From positions 1 through 16,547 of the forward strand of contig CALKOM010000139.1 in NCBI GenBank assembly GCA_938091905.1: DNA of 16,547 bases, written 5' to 3'. The position numbers were made by a program, and so were the translations under genes. Below are positions 16,413-16,547 of this stretch, one piece after another. The DNA is from an uncultured Verrucomicrobiales bacterium. Its GTDB lineage: Bacteria; Verrucomicrobiota; Verrucomicrobiia; Verrucomicrobiales; DEV007. The notes below the pieces were generated by a model, which ran no database searches, was not told where the DNA came from, and was given only the letters and a program-made list of their open reading frames with translations. Numbering within the stretch: the first letter of the stretch is position 1; every line of letters starts with the position of its first letter.

Positions 16413-16547
16413 GGCGCTCCGTCAAGTTTGCTGGATGGAGAGCTGCCGAAATTTCAACCATGCGTAATCCATGTTAGTGATTCCGCAGGCCCGATGCACC
16501 ACTCTTGAAACAAGGTTGTTGAATCCTTCAATCTTTCCCGACGTGAT
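16413..16547 (-). mobile_element. Right end of ISL3-family insertion sequence
   Basis: The transposase stop lies inside a putative terminal repeat ending ...CCAGCAAACTTGACGGAGCGCC on the minus strand (GG at 16413 on plus), consistent with ISL3 GG...CC termini. The AT-rich flank GAAAGTTA (16405-16412) is a candidate 8-bp target duplication. Confidence 0.65.
16422..16547 (-). CDS. C-terminal end of ISL3-family transposase (partial, runs in from the window edge)
   Basis: Hand translation from 16547 gives ITSGKIEGFNNLVSRVVHRACGITNMDYAWLKFRQLSIQQT*. This matches the ISL3 C-terminal pattern T-x-G-x-x-E-G-x-N-N...R-A-x-G...Y..LK. It is not in the supplied ORF track. Confidence 0.85.
   Translation of the reverse strand: MTSGKIEGFNNLVSRVVHRACGITNMDYAWLKFRQLSIQQT

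Noticed and set aside
1..16547. tRNA, rRNA, riboswitch or clear rho-independent terminators
   Set aside because: None were recognisable by eye. A covariance-model search would be needed to exclude them.

Overview
Bacterial chromosomal window. The lamin-tail/CotH protein, PQQ-propeller family and sparse Shine-Dalgarno motifs suggest Verrucomicrobia or another PVC lineage (inference). The left two-thirds is a minus-strand run of large envelope genes: a ~1556-aa secreted protein with 4 lamin-tail domains, a CotH-like kinase and a beta-helix; a 1862-aa secreted alpha-helical/TPR protein with a C-terminal jelly-roll domain; and an FHA-like membrane-protein gene broken by a 13-bp tandem duplication and a 1-base loss in a C-run. 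A divergent plus-strand run holds a membrane-anchored PQQ-like beta-propeller gene, iolC and iolD (myo-inositol catabolism). A ~177-bp segment bounded by inverted repeats separates iolC and iolD. The iol run ends at the iolD stop codon, joined through a quasi-palindrome to a truncated IS21-family left end. The 3' end of an ISL3-family transposase, absent from the ORF track, lies at the right edge. The best candidate for a novel system is the CotH-like kinase / giant TPR protein / degenerate FHA anchor cluster, but its function is inference only.
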